A stretch of 64,000 bases of DNA from Marsupella aquatica (taxonomy: Eukaryota; Plantae; Marchantiophyta). Where the stretch lies: NCBI GenBank assembly GCA_973895155.1, contig OZ316895.1, forward strand, positions 22,518,558-22,582,557, written 5' to 3'. The position numbers and the translations under genes were made by a program. This document shows positions 13,426 through 25,900 of the stretch, one piece after another. Below the pieces are notes generated by a model. It was not told the DNA's origin, searched no databases, and saw only the letters and a program-made list of their open reading frames with translations. Position 1 is the first letter of the stretch. Every line of letters starts with the position of its first letter.

Positions 13426-15099
13426 CTAATTTGATCTTCCCGGTTTCCACACGGAGACGCAGATGGCATGCTGGGATTTCCAGGTAAGAAACAGTCCTGT
13501 GTCTTGAACATCCAGCCCCCATCCCTCCTTGTACCGCTTTAAAAGGGCGCGGACGTCGTCCACCACATCGTCGCTGAGAGGAGTTTGAGCAAATCCTGCG
13601 TTCACGAAGCGGGAGCCCCATTGAGCGCTCTTCTCGAGCCTCTTGCAATTATGATGGTCCTCCAGGTCCTCCCCAGCCAAGAGGTGCACAATGTTCCGAG
13701 CTGCGTCCCTCTCCAGCATCAGTCTCTCGTTGCTGGCGCGCTGGAAGCTCTCTTCCAGGGACTCAAAAAACATGGCATAGAAGCGCAACGCCTCGGTGAA
13801 GGAGGTGGTGAAGTCGGTGGAAAGCAGGCCCGCTTCCTCTTCCGTCACTGTGACAATTTTCGGATTCGTGTTCCAGAGAGTAGAAACGATCTCGTCGCGG
13901 AGAGATTTGATGAAAGGGCTGCTGCCTGGTGTTTTCTGAGGGACTCGGTTGAGAGAATGATTACAATTGATGGCGAGCGCTTCGTCCTCTTTCAGGTTCA
14001 GATCACTTTCCTCGAGCGTGCCTAACTGTGGTTGTTGCAGGACGACGAACTCGAAGGGGACTCCCATGAGCCGCGCGAACCTGTCCATCCTCGCCCCGAT
14101 TTCTTTCATCACCTTCATGGCCGACGTCTCCTTCGAAAGAATGATCGTTGTAAGGCGAAGGTGAGGGGCCCCCTCCGGCCTGGTGGCCAGTGACTCTAAA
14201 AGGGTCGGCCATTGCGTGCAGAAAGTGTTGCTTATGTCCACAATGTGCACCTTCATTTCCCCTGAAAGCGCCTCCATGATGGCCCCGTTGGAAGCCACAT
14301 GGCCGAATGTCGTCCAAGGGCTCGCCTCCTGGAATTTCAAAATCATTTTTCGCATGGAGTCGAAGGAGTAGCTGCGCTCAGCTGCGGCGCACAAAACCCT
14401 ATGGCATCGCGGACCGGTCCCGGTGATCTTGCAAAAGAGCGCCTGGAGGAAATACGAGGCCAGCCTCTGGTCGTAGTCACCGTAAGGAGAAGACAGCTCG
14501 TTCAACATCCACATGTACTGCTGCACTCGCGGTTTCAAGTCCGCGGACACCGCCTTGGCGCAATCGGTGAGGAGAGGCGGTGCCCAACGACCGTTCATCG
14601 CGGCCTCTGTGAGAAAGTTAGTAGAACAACTTAGAGGACTATTTGCCGACTGATTTGCCCAAGACATGTCCGAACTGAGCCTGTCTTCCGTGACGACGCT
14701 GTCCATCTTGTAATCGGCCGCGAGCTGCTTCTCTAAAGAGTACAACGGGTCGAGCCATTGTTGAGGTTGTTGACCCCCGCCCCGATGTATATTCTCGTTT
14801 TGAATGCCGTGTGTTATATTTTCTTTCATGACCGCTCCTCCGCCGACGTCTGAGCAGAAGATAAATTCTCCGCTATGGTCTGCCATCGGACCACGACCAC
14901 TATGAAGGCCACCGCCTTGAAAGCCCGGCGGCGGCATCAGGATGTCCTGGTTATTTATATGTGGAGGAGGAGAAAGGGTGGGAGACCTGCGGAGTGTACC
15001 TTCGGATTCGCTCAAACTGGAGCTGCTCTGTTGAAGGCGGCCGTTTTGATCCATTGAAGGCAGCGTCTCGTTCCCTCGTTTGGCCATGCGGTTCGCCAT
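13426..15099 (-). CDS. SHR: GRAS transcription factor, SHORT-ROOT clade (intronless)
   Basis: Single long ORF with SHR-diagnostic motifs WMLNELSSPYGD, QRLASYFLQALFCKIT, SFDSMRKMILKFQEASPWTTFGHVA, VHIVDISNTFCTQWPTLLESLATR, FARLMGVPFEF, SNERLMLER, SDDVVDDVRALLKRYKEGW and a C-terminal SVWKP (SAW motif). First ATG is at 15099 (the track start at 15114 is TTG); later ATGs are possible. Confidence 0.93.
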   Translation of the reverse strand: MANRMAKRGNETLPSMDQNGRLQQSSSSLSESEGTLRRSPTLSPPPHINNQDILMPPPGFQGGGLHSGRGPMADHSGEFIFCSDVGGGAVMKENITHGIQNENIHRGGGQQPQQWLDPLYSLEKQLAADYKMDSVVTEDRLSSDMSWANQSANSPLSCSTNFLTEAAMNGRWAPPLLTDCAKAVSADLKPRVQQYMWMLNELSSPYGDYDQRLASYFLQALFCKITGTGPRCHRVLCAAAERSYSFDSMRKMILKFQEASPWTTFGHVASNGAIMEALSGEMKVHIVDISNTFCTQWPTLLESLATRPEGAPHLRLTTIILSKETSAMKVMKEIGARMDRFARLMGVPFEFVVLQQPQLGTLEESDLNLKEDEALAINCNHSLNRVPQKTPGSSPFIKSLRDEIVSTLWNTNPKIVTVTEEEAGLLSTDFTTSFTEALRFYAMFFESLEESFQRASNERLMLERDAARNIVHLLAGEDLEDHHNCKRLEKSAQWGSRFVNAGFAQTPLSDDVVDDVRALLKRYKEGWGLDVQDTGLFLTWKSQHAICVSVWKPGRSN

Positions 15100-17765
15100 A
15101 AAAATGTCAATCAACTCAAATGTGACTCAGACCTAATGGCGATGTATCTTGACCTTTTAGTTCTCGATCGATGTCTTTAGGCTAAACTACTCCAGTTCCT
15201 AAGCGAGTCCAACTCCTGCTTGCACTCGGACTGCAAAAATGACCTGGACCGGAAAGTGATAGGATTGCCTCCATCCTGCCTAACTAATCTCGCCAAGCAC
15301 AAATTGCGCAACGTACACCTTGCCCACATTGTTCACCTCGAGAGATCTTCCTGACTTTCCAGCTCATAGTCAGCTAGTGAGTCAACGCAAAATGATAAAA
15401 CTCGGAGAGAATGATAGTTCCAGTAAGTTACGATAAAATGATGCTGAATTCCTTAGCTTCCAGGCAATCGTCACCCGTCTCCGGTCCTGTCAACCAATCG
15501 AGTGGGTATCATGGCGTACTGAAAGTTCGACGAATTCTCAAGCCGATCTGTCCGCCAACTGATCGAGATGTACTGGACTGCGCTCGACAAACTTCTCTTC
15601 TAACTGCTCTATGCGCTCTACCATAAAAAGATTAATGACGTTCTGCTCGATCGGTGAGATCCTGGAGCCGAATGATCACTTAGGGAAAAATTACTCCAGG
15701 CAAAGACTGTCCGTGGGCTACACGTCTGCCAATTCTTACTTCGAGTACACCAATTCCACTTGCCCTAGTGACAATATAGAGCCGACAGTAGTGACAGGCA
15801 TTCTGGCTCAATCATTTTGTTTCGGTTGCTTCTCTAAATGTAGCGCCAGCTGTTTGTATTTCTCCGCATAAGTTTTGCTTATGAACAAAAAACTAAAGCC
15901 GCCTGAGCGCAAGGCCTGAACTGAAAGGCTTGAGAGCAAACGGCCACAGACAAATTGCAATCGAACCGCAACAAAAAGCTTTACAGCAACGGCCTCAGAG
16001 CAAAAGGCCATATCCAGGATGCAAACGAATCGCAAGAGCATGAGAGCAAACCGCCACACAGAGAAAAGGATTTCTTCTGCTAGCCTCACTTCACTTCATT
16101 CTCGTATGTGCTGCAAAAAATGGTTCCGTACAGTAGTTCTCTTGATTCACTGCTTGTCGAATTCTCTGTCGACAGTGAGCTCGGAACACTGCTACGCAAC
16201 AAAAGGAATTCGACATCGTTGCAAGCATGTCGCTCCGGACGGCACAAGCGGATGGAAAAAATCTTCGTCAACCGGACAGGACGGCGGGCCCGATTGACCT
16301 GGAACAAAAAGCGCTCGACTGCCGAAACTCGAAAGTGCAATTTCGCAAGGCTTGGAGCACACTTCATCCCTCGGACGGCTGTACTTGCTATACACCGAAT
16401 GTTTATAGCAGTATATGATCACCCATCTCACTAATAATCTGTTCCCCAAGGTACTTCGAAGGTCTATTCTCTAGAGTGAAGACTCTAGACACTAACCTCC
16501 AATAACTGTAACCCTAATAAGGACAAAACTGAAAATGAGGGTGGACAAGAAAATGAGCAGAGATGAACACTAGTGACATTGACTCTAAATAAAGAGTCAA
16601 TAGCTCGTTTCTTTTGCGTTTCGTTGTGTCCACTTGGACCCTCATGTTTGTTTTTTTGTCCTTTTCTGTAAAAAGTTTGTATATTGCTGAAATAAAGACC
16701 AAATTGAAATGAGTATGAAAGAAAAAAAACGAGACAAAGATGATGGGGAAATACCATAGAATGCTTTTTTTTGCAAAAACAAATTCCATTGTTGGGTTCA
16801 TATCTACAGTATTTTTGTTCAAGAAACATGTGATCAGGCTAATAAAGCCTGACTCAAAGGAACAGGTGATTAGGCTAATAAAGCTGGACGCAAAGTTATT
16901 TTTGTTATTTTTTAGGACTACCGTCTAGAATGAAGCCTTTAGCCTGTAACTCTCAATAAGGGACAACAATGACTTATTAAGGACAAAATTGAAAATGAGA
17001 AGAAACAAAAATGACGGGAAACAAATTTTATACAAGGATGGGGCAAAGATGAAAAGGAAATAGCATAGGAGTTTGTTTTTTTTTGCAAATTCTTTTTATC
17101 TTAGTCTGTATTAACTTTCAAGGAAGGGTAGTTGGGCTAGTAAAACTGAAGCCCAGCTTAGTACTGGCTCTACCTAGTGTCGCCATGTGGCCTTTTAGGT
17201 GTACCTAGCCAGTAAATAGAGGAGGTGAGTACATTCAAGAGTGCTGTGCCATTTTCACATATTCACTCTGTCCCCGATCCTTGTTTACCACCAGCACTTC
17301 CAAGGAGGAATCACAAGTATTAACAGAGATATCTTTACTTTGTTATAGAACAAATTAAGTCATCATGCTGTAGTATGGGCCAAGGGCAAATTTAATGTAT
17401 TATGCATCAGAGGTGCTCCTAAAAATGTGACTAGTATATATTGTAGTAATAGAAGTAAATATATGTGAAATACCCAAATATGGTTTTGTCTTGCAAGCCA
17501 AATATAGCATGTTCATCTGGAACGGGATTCAGTTTTTGTTTGGTAGTTTACAGTATTTATAGAAAAAGTTAATCAAACATACAAATAGTTACTCTGACCT
17601 GAAAAAGGTCAGTACTAGAGCCAGGAAGTGGAGTAAGTGGTACCTCTCATCACACTTGACTTTAAACAACTTTAGTACTATTACTACAGAACTTAATATT
17701 CTCTATGATGTCCACAATCTACTGTATGTAGTAGTGTACCGTACATATATTCATACTTTATATAT

Positions 17766-19013
17766 GAGATATATGCTTGATGGGCCCCCTGTGAACCTTT
17801 CTTACCTGATGGGCCCCTAGGTAACTTTTTTTACCAAGTAGGACCCCTCTTAATGACCAGTACACCTGTTCTTGTGTGGTGCCTACACCTGTCCTTGTGT
17901 GGTGCCTACTATGTATGGTGACTCCAAGCAAACTGCACAGTTGAACCGTGCAGTCAACCTTGCATGGTCGACCAAGAAACCATGGAGATGATTCGGGAGA
18001 AACCGCGAAAAGCGACTGCCGATGTCGAAACTATGATTTGAAGACAATATGCATTATGTCTTCGGATTCAATGGGTTAATGCCTGAAGACTCAATGGATT
18101 ATGTCTTCCCGTGTTTCAAGGTGTAGGGTGTACCCCTGTCCTTGTGTGGTGCCTACTATGTATGGTGACTCCAAGCAAACTGCACAGTTGAACCGTGCAG
18201 TCAACCTTGCATGGTCGACCAAGAAACCATGGAGATGATTCAGGAGAAACCGCGAAAAGCGACTGCCGCTGTCGAAACTATGATTTGAAGACAATATGCA
18301 TTATGTCTTCGGATTCAATGGGTTAATGCCTGAAGACTCAATGGATTATGTCTTCCCGTGTTTCAAGGTGTAGGGTGTACCCCGACACCTTTGGGTCTGT
18401 CTTCTTTTGAAATTGTTTGTATGCATTGCACAGAGGAGTATTATCATTTTGTCAATCATTTGCCAATTTTTGTTGTGGCAGCAGTAGGCAAATTCCGAAC
18501 ATTGAACTTGAATATTCTTTGTGGACATTTGGAGGTACCCCACACTGACACTGACAGTCGTGCATGAAAACATTGTGAAAAACCCATGTGCGCAACGTGA
18601 AAAACATACCTAATAACTACCCCGCGATACGGTAAAAATTTGAAGGTTCCCGAACGTTGAAGGTTCCCGAAGACATAATTCATTGTGTCTTCAGGCATTA
18701 ACCCAGTGAATCCGAATACATAATGCATATTGTCTTCAAATCACAGTTTCGACAGCGGCAGTCGCTTTTCGCGGTTTCTCGTGAATAATCTCTGTGGTTT
18801 CTCGGTCGACCATGTAAAGTCGACCGCATGGTTCAACTGTCCAGTTTGCTTGGAGTCACTATACATAGTAGGCACCACACAAGGACAGGTGTAGGCACCA
18901 CACAAGAACAAGTGTACTGGTCATTAAGAGGGGTCCTATTTGGTAAAAAAAAGTTACCTAGGGGCCCATCAGGTAAGAAAGGTTCACCAGGGGGCCCATC
19001 AAGCATATATCTC
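17766..19013. mobile_element. Non-autonomous Mutator-like (MULE/foldback) element with about 345-bp TIRs and 9-bp TSD
   Basis: Left TIR 17766-18107 (GAGATATATGCTTGATGGGCCCC...) is the reverse complement of 18669-19013 (...GGGGCCCATCAAGCATATATCTC). Identical TSD TTTATATAT at 17757-17765 and 19014-19022. G...C ends, no transposase. Confidence 0.92.
17888..18383 (+). repeat. Near-perfect 247-bp tandem duplication inside the MULE
   Basis: 17888-18134 is repeated from 18135; only two substitutions were spotted by eye. Confidence 0.9.
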
Positions 19014-20481
19014 TTTATATATAGAAATGAAAAGGAGATCCCAAAGGTCAGAAACCCAATATAAGGGCAAAACAAAGGAAAAACTTTTGAATTGCTTTTG
19101 CTAAATGTTTGTCCATAAGAGAGCCGTTAAGACATTTTGGTGTGATCATTATATCATAAGTTCAAGCCTCTACAATGTCATGTGTGTGAGGCATCTTCTA
19201 GAGTATTGGGTGGTGGGCCTCATGAAAAAGAAAAGAAACTCATTGAATAAAGTTTCCTTAGGAGATATTAAAAAACAGAAAGCCTTTTAAAACTGGGAAT
19301 ACAATGTTCCTTTAGTCAGAGGAGTGTAACATAATTTCACATTCACCGAAATAAAAAAGGATGAACTCAAGTAGAACACACGTGGACTTTAATATATGTC
19401 AACAAAAAAAATTAGCATTTGAGTAAGTCAGGTGAGGGGCCAGGTGGGTTAGCCATATAGTAAGACACATGTCAACTTTAATATATGTCTGGGAAACTAG
19501 CACTTTCAGCAAGTTAGGTGGGTTAGCCATATATATAGGAATGTCAAAAAAAATAGACTTGCAAGCCATTTGGGTCATTTTGCAAACAATGAGCCACTTG
19601 CACAAATGCTTGGAAAAATGGGCTACTTGCTGAAATACAGTTTTGCCTGAGAAAAGGAAACAAAAAACCTGCCAAAAGCATCACAGGGAAGACTTGCAAC
19701 ATTGCAATGTAAATGCAGGATGGAATAAATGCGGGAATAACTGTTACCCAGTTCATGGAGATCTTGGCTATTTTCATAATCTCTTGCCCAGAAACTTGTG
19801 ATTCTTAATCTTCATTTGTACCACATTTAAGTATGTACTATAACCAAGGTCTGTGGTGTTCTAGTTAATTTGAACCCTTTACCCAAAATGCTCATAAAAG
19901 CTTCCTAGGTACTGGCCAGTCAACTGCAGCTTTTCTTCACGGCCGAGTAGGGTGTGTCAAAGCACTACCACCATAAGCAAAATCTGATGGCTGTGACTTC
20001 TTAAAAGTGTGATACAAGGCATGTATTTAGGTAGCTTTAAAAGTTTTTGTCCTCGCCATAAAAGAAATCTATATCCTTGGCTGTACCTCATTTAATTACT
20101 GCTGTTTTGTCATCCTAGTAACCATATGCCCAGAACCTCATGATTACCTATACATGAGTGAGTTAAGAGCTTCAGAATAACACCACTCTAAAGCTGAAAG
20201 GAGATGTACAAGGGCATGAATCTGATTCCCAGACCACAGTCAAGCCAGCATGCGCCAAAGCACCTCTAGAAAGATCCGTCATTGGTGTCCCTTAGTGTGG
20301 ATAATTTTGATCTCCATTTTTTACTAGTAGGGCATTTCAAAGCTCAAGACTTTATGCACCTTAACTCTGTAGTTACTAGTTACAAGACACATAGTTACTA
20401 GTTAGGACACAAAATGCTACAAACTATGGAATTCATAGTCCATATTGTTTTCCATGATTGGTGTCACACCATTCTAGGTAG

Positions 20482-21010
20482 TGTTAGAGTGTATCGTACT
20501 ATCTAGATCCATATGTTTGGTATGTGTGCTATATGAGCCGATAAGGTTCCGTTAGGTTTGTGTGAGAGAGTACTTCTCACTTGTGAGGCATTGAAAGGTC
20601 ATCTTTCAATGTTGAACCTTGGAGAGAGAGGAGCTTGAGTGTGGCTAGGTGGCTGTGAGCTCCGCTTGTGTAACGTGGATTCCTTGAGTAGTGCATTGGC
20701 TTGACATACGTGTGTAATCGGATCGGTGCGGGATCGATGGGGTATTGTTGACCGGGATCGTTGTGCCGATCGTATTGAGATTATTGTGGGTTTTGGACAT
20801 GTGTGGACATGAGTTCCACTTGTATTCCATTCTCTTGTGTTTGTGATGTGGCAATGTGATTATATTTTGATGTATGTGACAAGCGATGTATGTTGTGTAG
20901 CGATGTGTATGCGCACGACATTGGTCCTCTGCCATTACCTTTACTTGCTAGTGAAAAGTAAATTTTACATTAAGGAAGTTTGGGTGATTGTTCACCCCTT
21001 GGGCCTTTAA
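20482..21010 (+). mobile_element. Probable LTR fragment or solo LTR
   Basis: Starts TGTTAGAG, has a TG-rich U5-like composition and ends near gttcacccc, as many copia LTRs do. No TSD or partner found. Confidence 0.3.
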
Positions 21011-21588
21011 GCTGATGCTAGGATAGTACTTTTGTTTATCATTACATCTCATAATGTTGACTCTACTTCATGTGGTCTGCAATGGAGCATTCTAATCTTG
21101 CATATAATAGTCAATGTATAATTAAGTGTTTATATCACCCAGACCTCCTTAAACCACCAGTGGCCATATAAAAGGAGAAGTGTTCAAGACTTATCACATT
21201 CCTCTACTCTATAGTGAAGGCTATAGTGAGACTTTGCTCCACAATTGTTTCAGGAAATCTGTTGAACTAGATATTGTCATGGCTAGTAGCTCTTAAGGTA
21301 AATTAGAAGGCGCTAGCTGATCCATTATTGAGGTATATTGTCTCTTGTATGTGGTCTCCTTTGCAAACGTCCTTAACAGTACAGATAATCTTGTGCAAAA
21401 TTTATGAACATATTTTTATGGTGTGAAGCCATCATGAGTAATTTCGAAAGCCCTAATAATGTCTCTTATTAGTAGTCCCCAATTTCGGAATGTTGGTCTT
21501 TCTTCACACGACGGTTGGCCCACACTTTGTCGCTCTTGTTGTCTAGATGTCTGTCTTATTATGTCATCACCTCACTCATTGCAAGAAC

Positions 21589-21946
21589 GTCCAGGTCCGG
21601 TTATGTACACGCAGCTTCATTGGATTCATTCCAGATTTGCAAAGCTCGAAAGCTCGATTTGGATTGACATGGGATTTTCCTGCACATCGTGAGTGGAATA
21701 ATAGCGCAGGCGTCCAGGTCCCGCAATGTACGCGTATCTTGATTAGATTCATCCAGATTTGCAAAGCGCGAAAGCTCGATTCTGATTGACATGGGATTTT
21801 CCTAGACATGGCCAGTCGCATAATGGCGCAGGTGTCCAGGTCCCGTAATGTACGCGTATCTTGATTGGATTCATTCCACATTTGTGATGCTCGAAAGCTC
21901 GATTTGGATTGACTCGGGATTTTCCTAGACAATGCGAGTCGAATAA
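21589..21946 (+). repeat. Three tandem units of about 122 bp
   Basis: gtccaggtcc..atgtac..gattcattccagatttgc..cgaaagctcgatt..gattgacatgggattttcct starts at about 21589, 21712 and 21834. Confidence 0.9.
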
Positions 21947-22949
21947 CCGGTCTTTTTAGCACATCGACCCTTACTAGGTCCTCTTGGGTGTGGCCCTTTT
22001 TGGTGCCCCCCTTCTCTTTGTATGTTGACTATTTGAATGGAATTCACTTGGTTTTTTTCGAGGCAAAAAAAAAAAATAACAGGCAGCGCAGGCGACCCTG
22101 CGTAGACCATATCCAAAAGGTGCCTCCCAGGCGGGATATAATTATGTGAACTCAAGCATCAAAGTGAGTTCAACTGGTGCCGAAGATACTCAGGCTGCAG
22201 AGGCTGTAATCTGATGTTGAAGCGAAATCTGCAGGAACTCGATCGGAATATTATATAGCAATGACATATGGTCATGCGTGCTGTGCCACTCACAAGTTAG
22301 TCGGAAACAATGCAATCATATCGACATGCTTTTTGCGACGAGGCATTAGTTTTCAAGGTGCCAATGCGATCCGTCGAATGAACCTTCCATTCTACGACTA
22401 GTATTGCAACGCGCGCAGGCATTAAGGTGCAATAACAAGGCAGGCATTAAGGTGCTCGGAGATTTGAGCCATGCAGACATGAAGAGAATGCTCCTCGATG
22501 CTAGAAGCCCTAAATGACGAGCGGGAGTTGAAGTGAAAGAGCTCTTCTCTCCCCAGGTTTTTGTTTAGGGTTTCTTGGTTGATTTAACGCAGATTCCATC
22601 CGTTGATCCTTCCATGCCAGGAAGGCAGGAATTCAGCTAGCGGTTCGGATTTGAGCTATGAGCACGTGAGACAGGTATTTTCTTTGGTCTTTGCTTTATA
22701 AATTTGCGTTTGTTTATCCGAGACTACGTGGAGATGAATACTGAGTTTGTGGTACACATTGCATGATAAAGATCGCTTTGCAATTAAGGTTCGCGTGCTG
22801 TTTCCGGTCAGTATATTGTACCCTTCGGTTTAACGGAGGAGTCCACAAGAATAGAATTAGAAGATGTGCCGACAAGATACATACTAGTGTATTGTAATGT
22901 TCTTAATTATAGGCTCCCGTCACGATACCTTAGTAGTACAATTCACATT

Positions 22950-25900
22950 GTTGACGAAGTCAGAACTCTGAGAGAAGAGAGCATACGCCGGCGGTCCAGA
23001 TCGACGTAGCGTGCAGTTCGCGTACGATGCGCGCATAAATGAGATTCTTGAGGAAGCCATGTGGAGGCTATTGAATGGTCAGCTCGGGCAAGGGCAACAG
23101 AAAGATTAGAATCCCAGTAAGCTTTCATCATTTCTATAAGTAGCGAGGGAGGGATTTGCTTTGTTCCGTTACTGTCCGCAGCATTCGAGCAAGCTTGAAG
23201 TAATGAAGTGGGAGTGCCGACCACTGTCGGCAGGCAACCTAAGGAGCTTCTTGTCGGCACCTCTTCTAACTCTATTCGGGTGGACGCTTCCCTTGTACCA
23301 AAGGCTACACTACACAGTATTATTTTGCCCCTTAGCGAACGGTAAGACCGTCTTTCTTATAAACCGGGCCACAGTAATCTGGTGCCATTGTCTGTAGCTG
23401 TTTTACGACACACACGATATTTTTTCATCAAAACGTGTCCAGCTGCAGGGAAGTCTCGAGAAGATTTTTGTCATATATCAATCTCGTCGTGCAATAACCA
23501 TTTTGATTTAAGCTGTTTTTGATCAGTGACTTTCCTCTGGGAATCAAACGCACGGCCGGATGTCCAGTGAAGACCCCTCACGCATGATTGCACGAACGAA
23601 CTACAGATGTTCTCGAGAGCTATACATCAGTGTCATTGCTCGTCCAATTTCAACAGTTTTTGGTCACATTCAATAATTGCCATGCATAGGTTTCCAGTCT
23701 TTCGGTACCTGAGAACAATGAACTAACTGGTTCTCGTCCCCGTCAACACGTTTTCAATCAGATCCAAAGCACAGTCGATATGCATATATTCGAGTTGTTT
23801 CGAATGTATGACCCGAGCTGTGCATATGTTCGAGTCACTAGTTGATTTTCCTTGCACGTTTAAAGGTTTTCTTTCAGATCTTACTCGATCACCTTTCACA
23901 GATGTGATCTGCGGTATAATTTTAATTGGACTGCTGTCTTGTTTCCCGCCTCGATCCATCTCTTACTCTTGTTGAGTCTTTCACCAATCTGAACGGTCGA
24001 CGTTGAACCGGACGTTCAAATCAATTCAGCCTTTCGGTTTAAAATTTTGGTTTAAAGTGCGCTGATGTCCACACGTCATGTCTAAAGAGTGTCGGAAGAC
24101 TTCACACAACTGTCGCAGAGTGCTTAGGCGGAACATCCAGGATGATTTCAGCACTACAATCAATTAGACACGAGCGGGGAATGACATCAAAAGACGCCCA
24201 CTTTGGATCCGTTCCATACACACAACGCGAAGCGTACGGCTTACAGATCAAAGATGGCTTAAAGCTAAAGAGTAAGTTCTTCAACGGATGCCATCCAATT
24301 CAACTGCAGTATGACATTGATTTTCAGAATTATTCAGCAGCCTAGGAGCGGATCTTCAATTATTCCCACAGGTGCGACTTCATCGGAGCTGATTTGGAGC
24401 GACATCATGTCCTCTACCCTATTGCAGACAGTCGGCTAAGGTTCCAAGGTAAGATTACAAGATACATCCCACATCGCCATAAGTCAGTCGCCATCTCAAT
24501 TCAATATGAGCAAGATTTGAAATCAGCGATGTCGGATTTAGACTTGAATCTGCAGTTCTCAAATTTGACTTCAATTGACAGCCCGTCTTAAGTATTGAAC
24601 TAAAGTCGAAAGTCCAGTTTTCTAATAGACGCTCGATGCTGCTATTGGAGGCAAGAAAGATGCTTCTCGGTTTGTTAATATACGCTCGATGCTGCTATTG
24701 GAGGCAAGAAAGATGCTTCTCGTGGTTCACACCCTTGACATGTCAGAATTTGAGAATCTAAAAGTGGCCCAATACTGTTTTAAATTGCAACATTTAAGAG
24801 TCCAAGTCTCTTCAAATACACTTCAGATAGTGAAGTCCCTGATCCATATCCTTTTAAATGGCAACTGTGAGAGTCCACAACTCTTCCAATAGTGAAATTT
24901 TGGATGATGGAATGCCAAATATTTAGCCTCCAAATCTCTTCAAATTTCTCAAGTTGATGCTCCACTCTTTTAAATGGTATAATTTGAGAGTCGGAATCTC
25001 GTTAAACAGTGAAGTTGACTCTTGGATCTATCACTTTGCGATATAGAGAGACCAAACACTTTTTGACACCATCTACAGAAAAGGAATAACTAAGTAACGA
25101 ATGATGGCTGGAATGGGTCCATCTGCATTTTCGCGACTCCACTCTAGCATTTATCAAAAACCTTTTATCTGCTCGTATGTTAGTGCATAATTCGAAGATA
25201 GTCAAAACATTGCAATGTAGAGAATTCTGGTTTGTCAAATACTGAAGTAGCCAACCCATTCTATGGTTTCTTATCGCTGCTACTTGAAACTAAAAAAGAT
25301 GCTTCAGAGAGTCATGATACAGTCAAAGTATTCAAAGACAGCCCGGACATTTTCCTGGGAGTGCTGAGAATACCAAAGAAGCTACATTCGCAGCGACAGC
25401 TCAAATTGATCCGCATCAATCCATCTTCGAAGGAACAGCTTCCCAAAACAGAAGATTTCATTGCGCTGGTCCTGAATTTACATTGTGCCTTTCGCACGTA
25501 GGGAGGCTGCACAAAGGAATCAGCTACCAGTACATAAACTTGAAGCTGAACTCATGTACTGTTGGTGAGAAGGGCGTCCAGAAGATGGCCATGTTCATCG
25601 CTGCACCTTCCTTTCTTCCAGTAAAATAATCATTTCTACAATTTGCCCTTATCCACAAGCTTTAAGATCAATAACTGGACTGACAATAGTTCGTGCTCAT
25701 GGAAGTCTGCTGACAATTTCCGGATCCAGTTCCTTGAGAAGAGACTGTCTGTCTTTCAGAACTTAGAGTCTGATGGCAAAACGCTCCCAAACTTTTGAAT
25801 CCTGGTAATTGAGCCTTCAGAAAGAAGACCCCTCGTTACCCAAAACGATTGATGAAGTACTTCGTGCACCAGTAGAACAGCTTGCATGTTGCGTATGGAT

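Noticed and set aside
13585-15057. Several plus-strand ORFs over the GRAS gene
   Set aside because: Antisense shadows of a GC-rich coding sequence.
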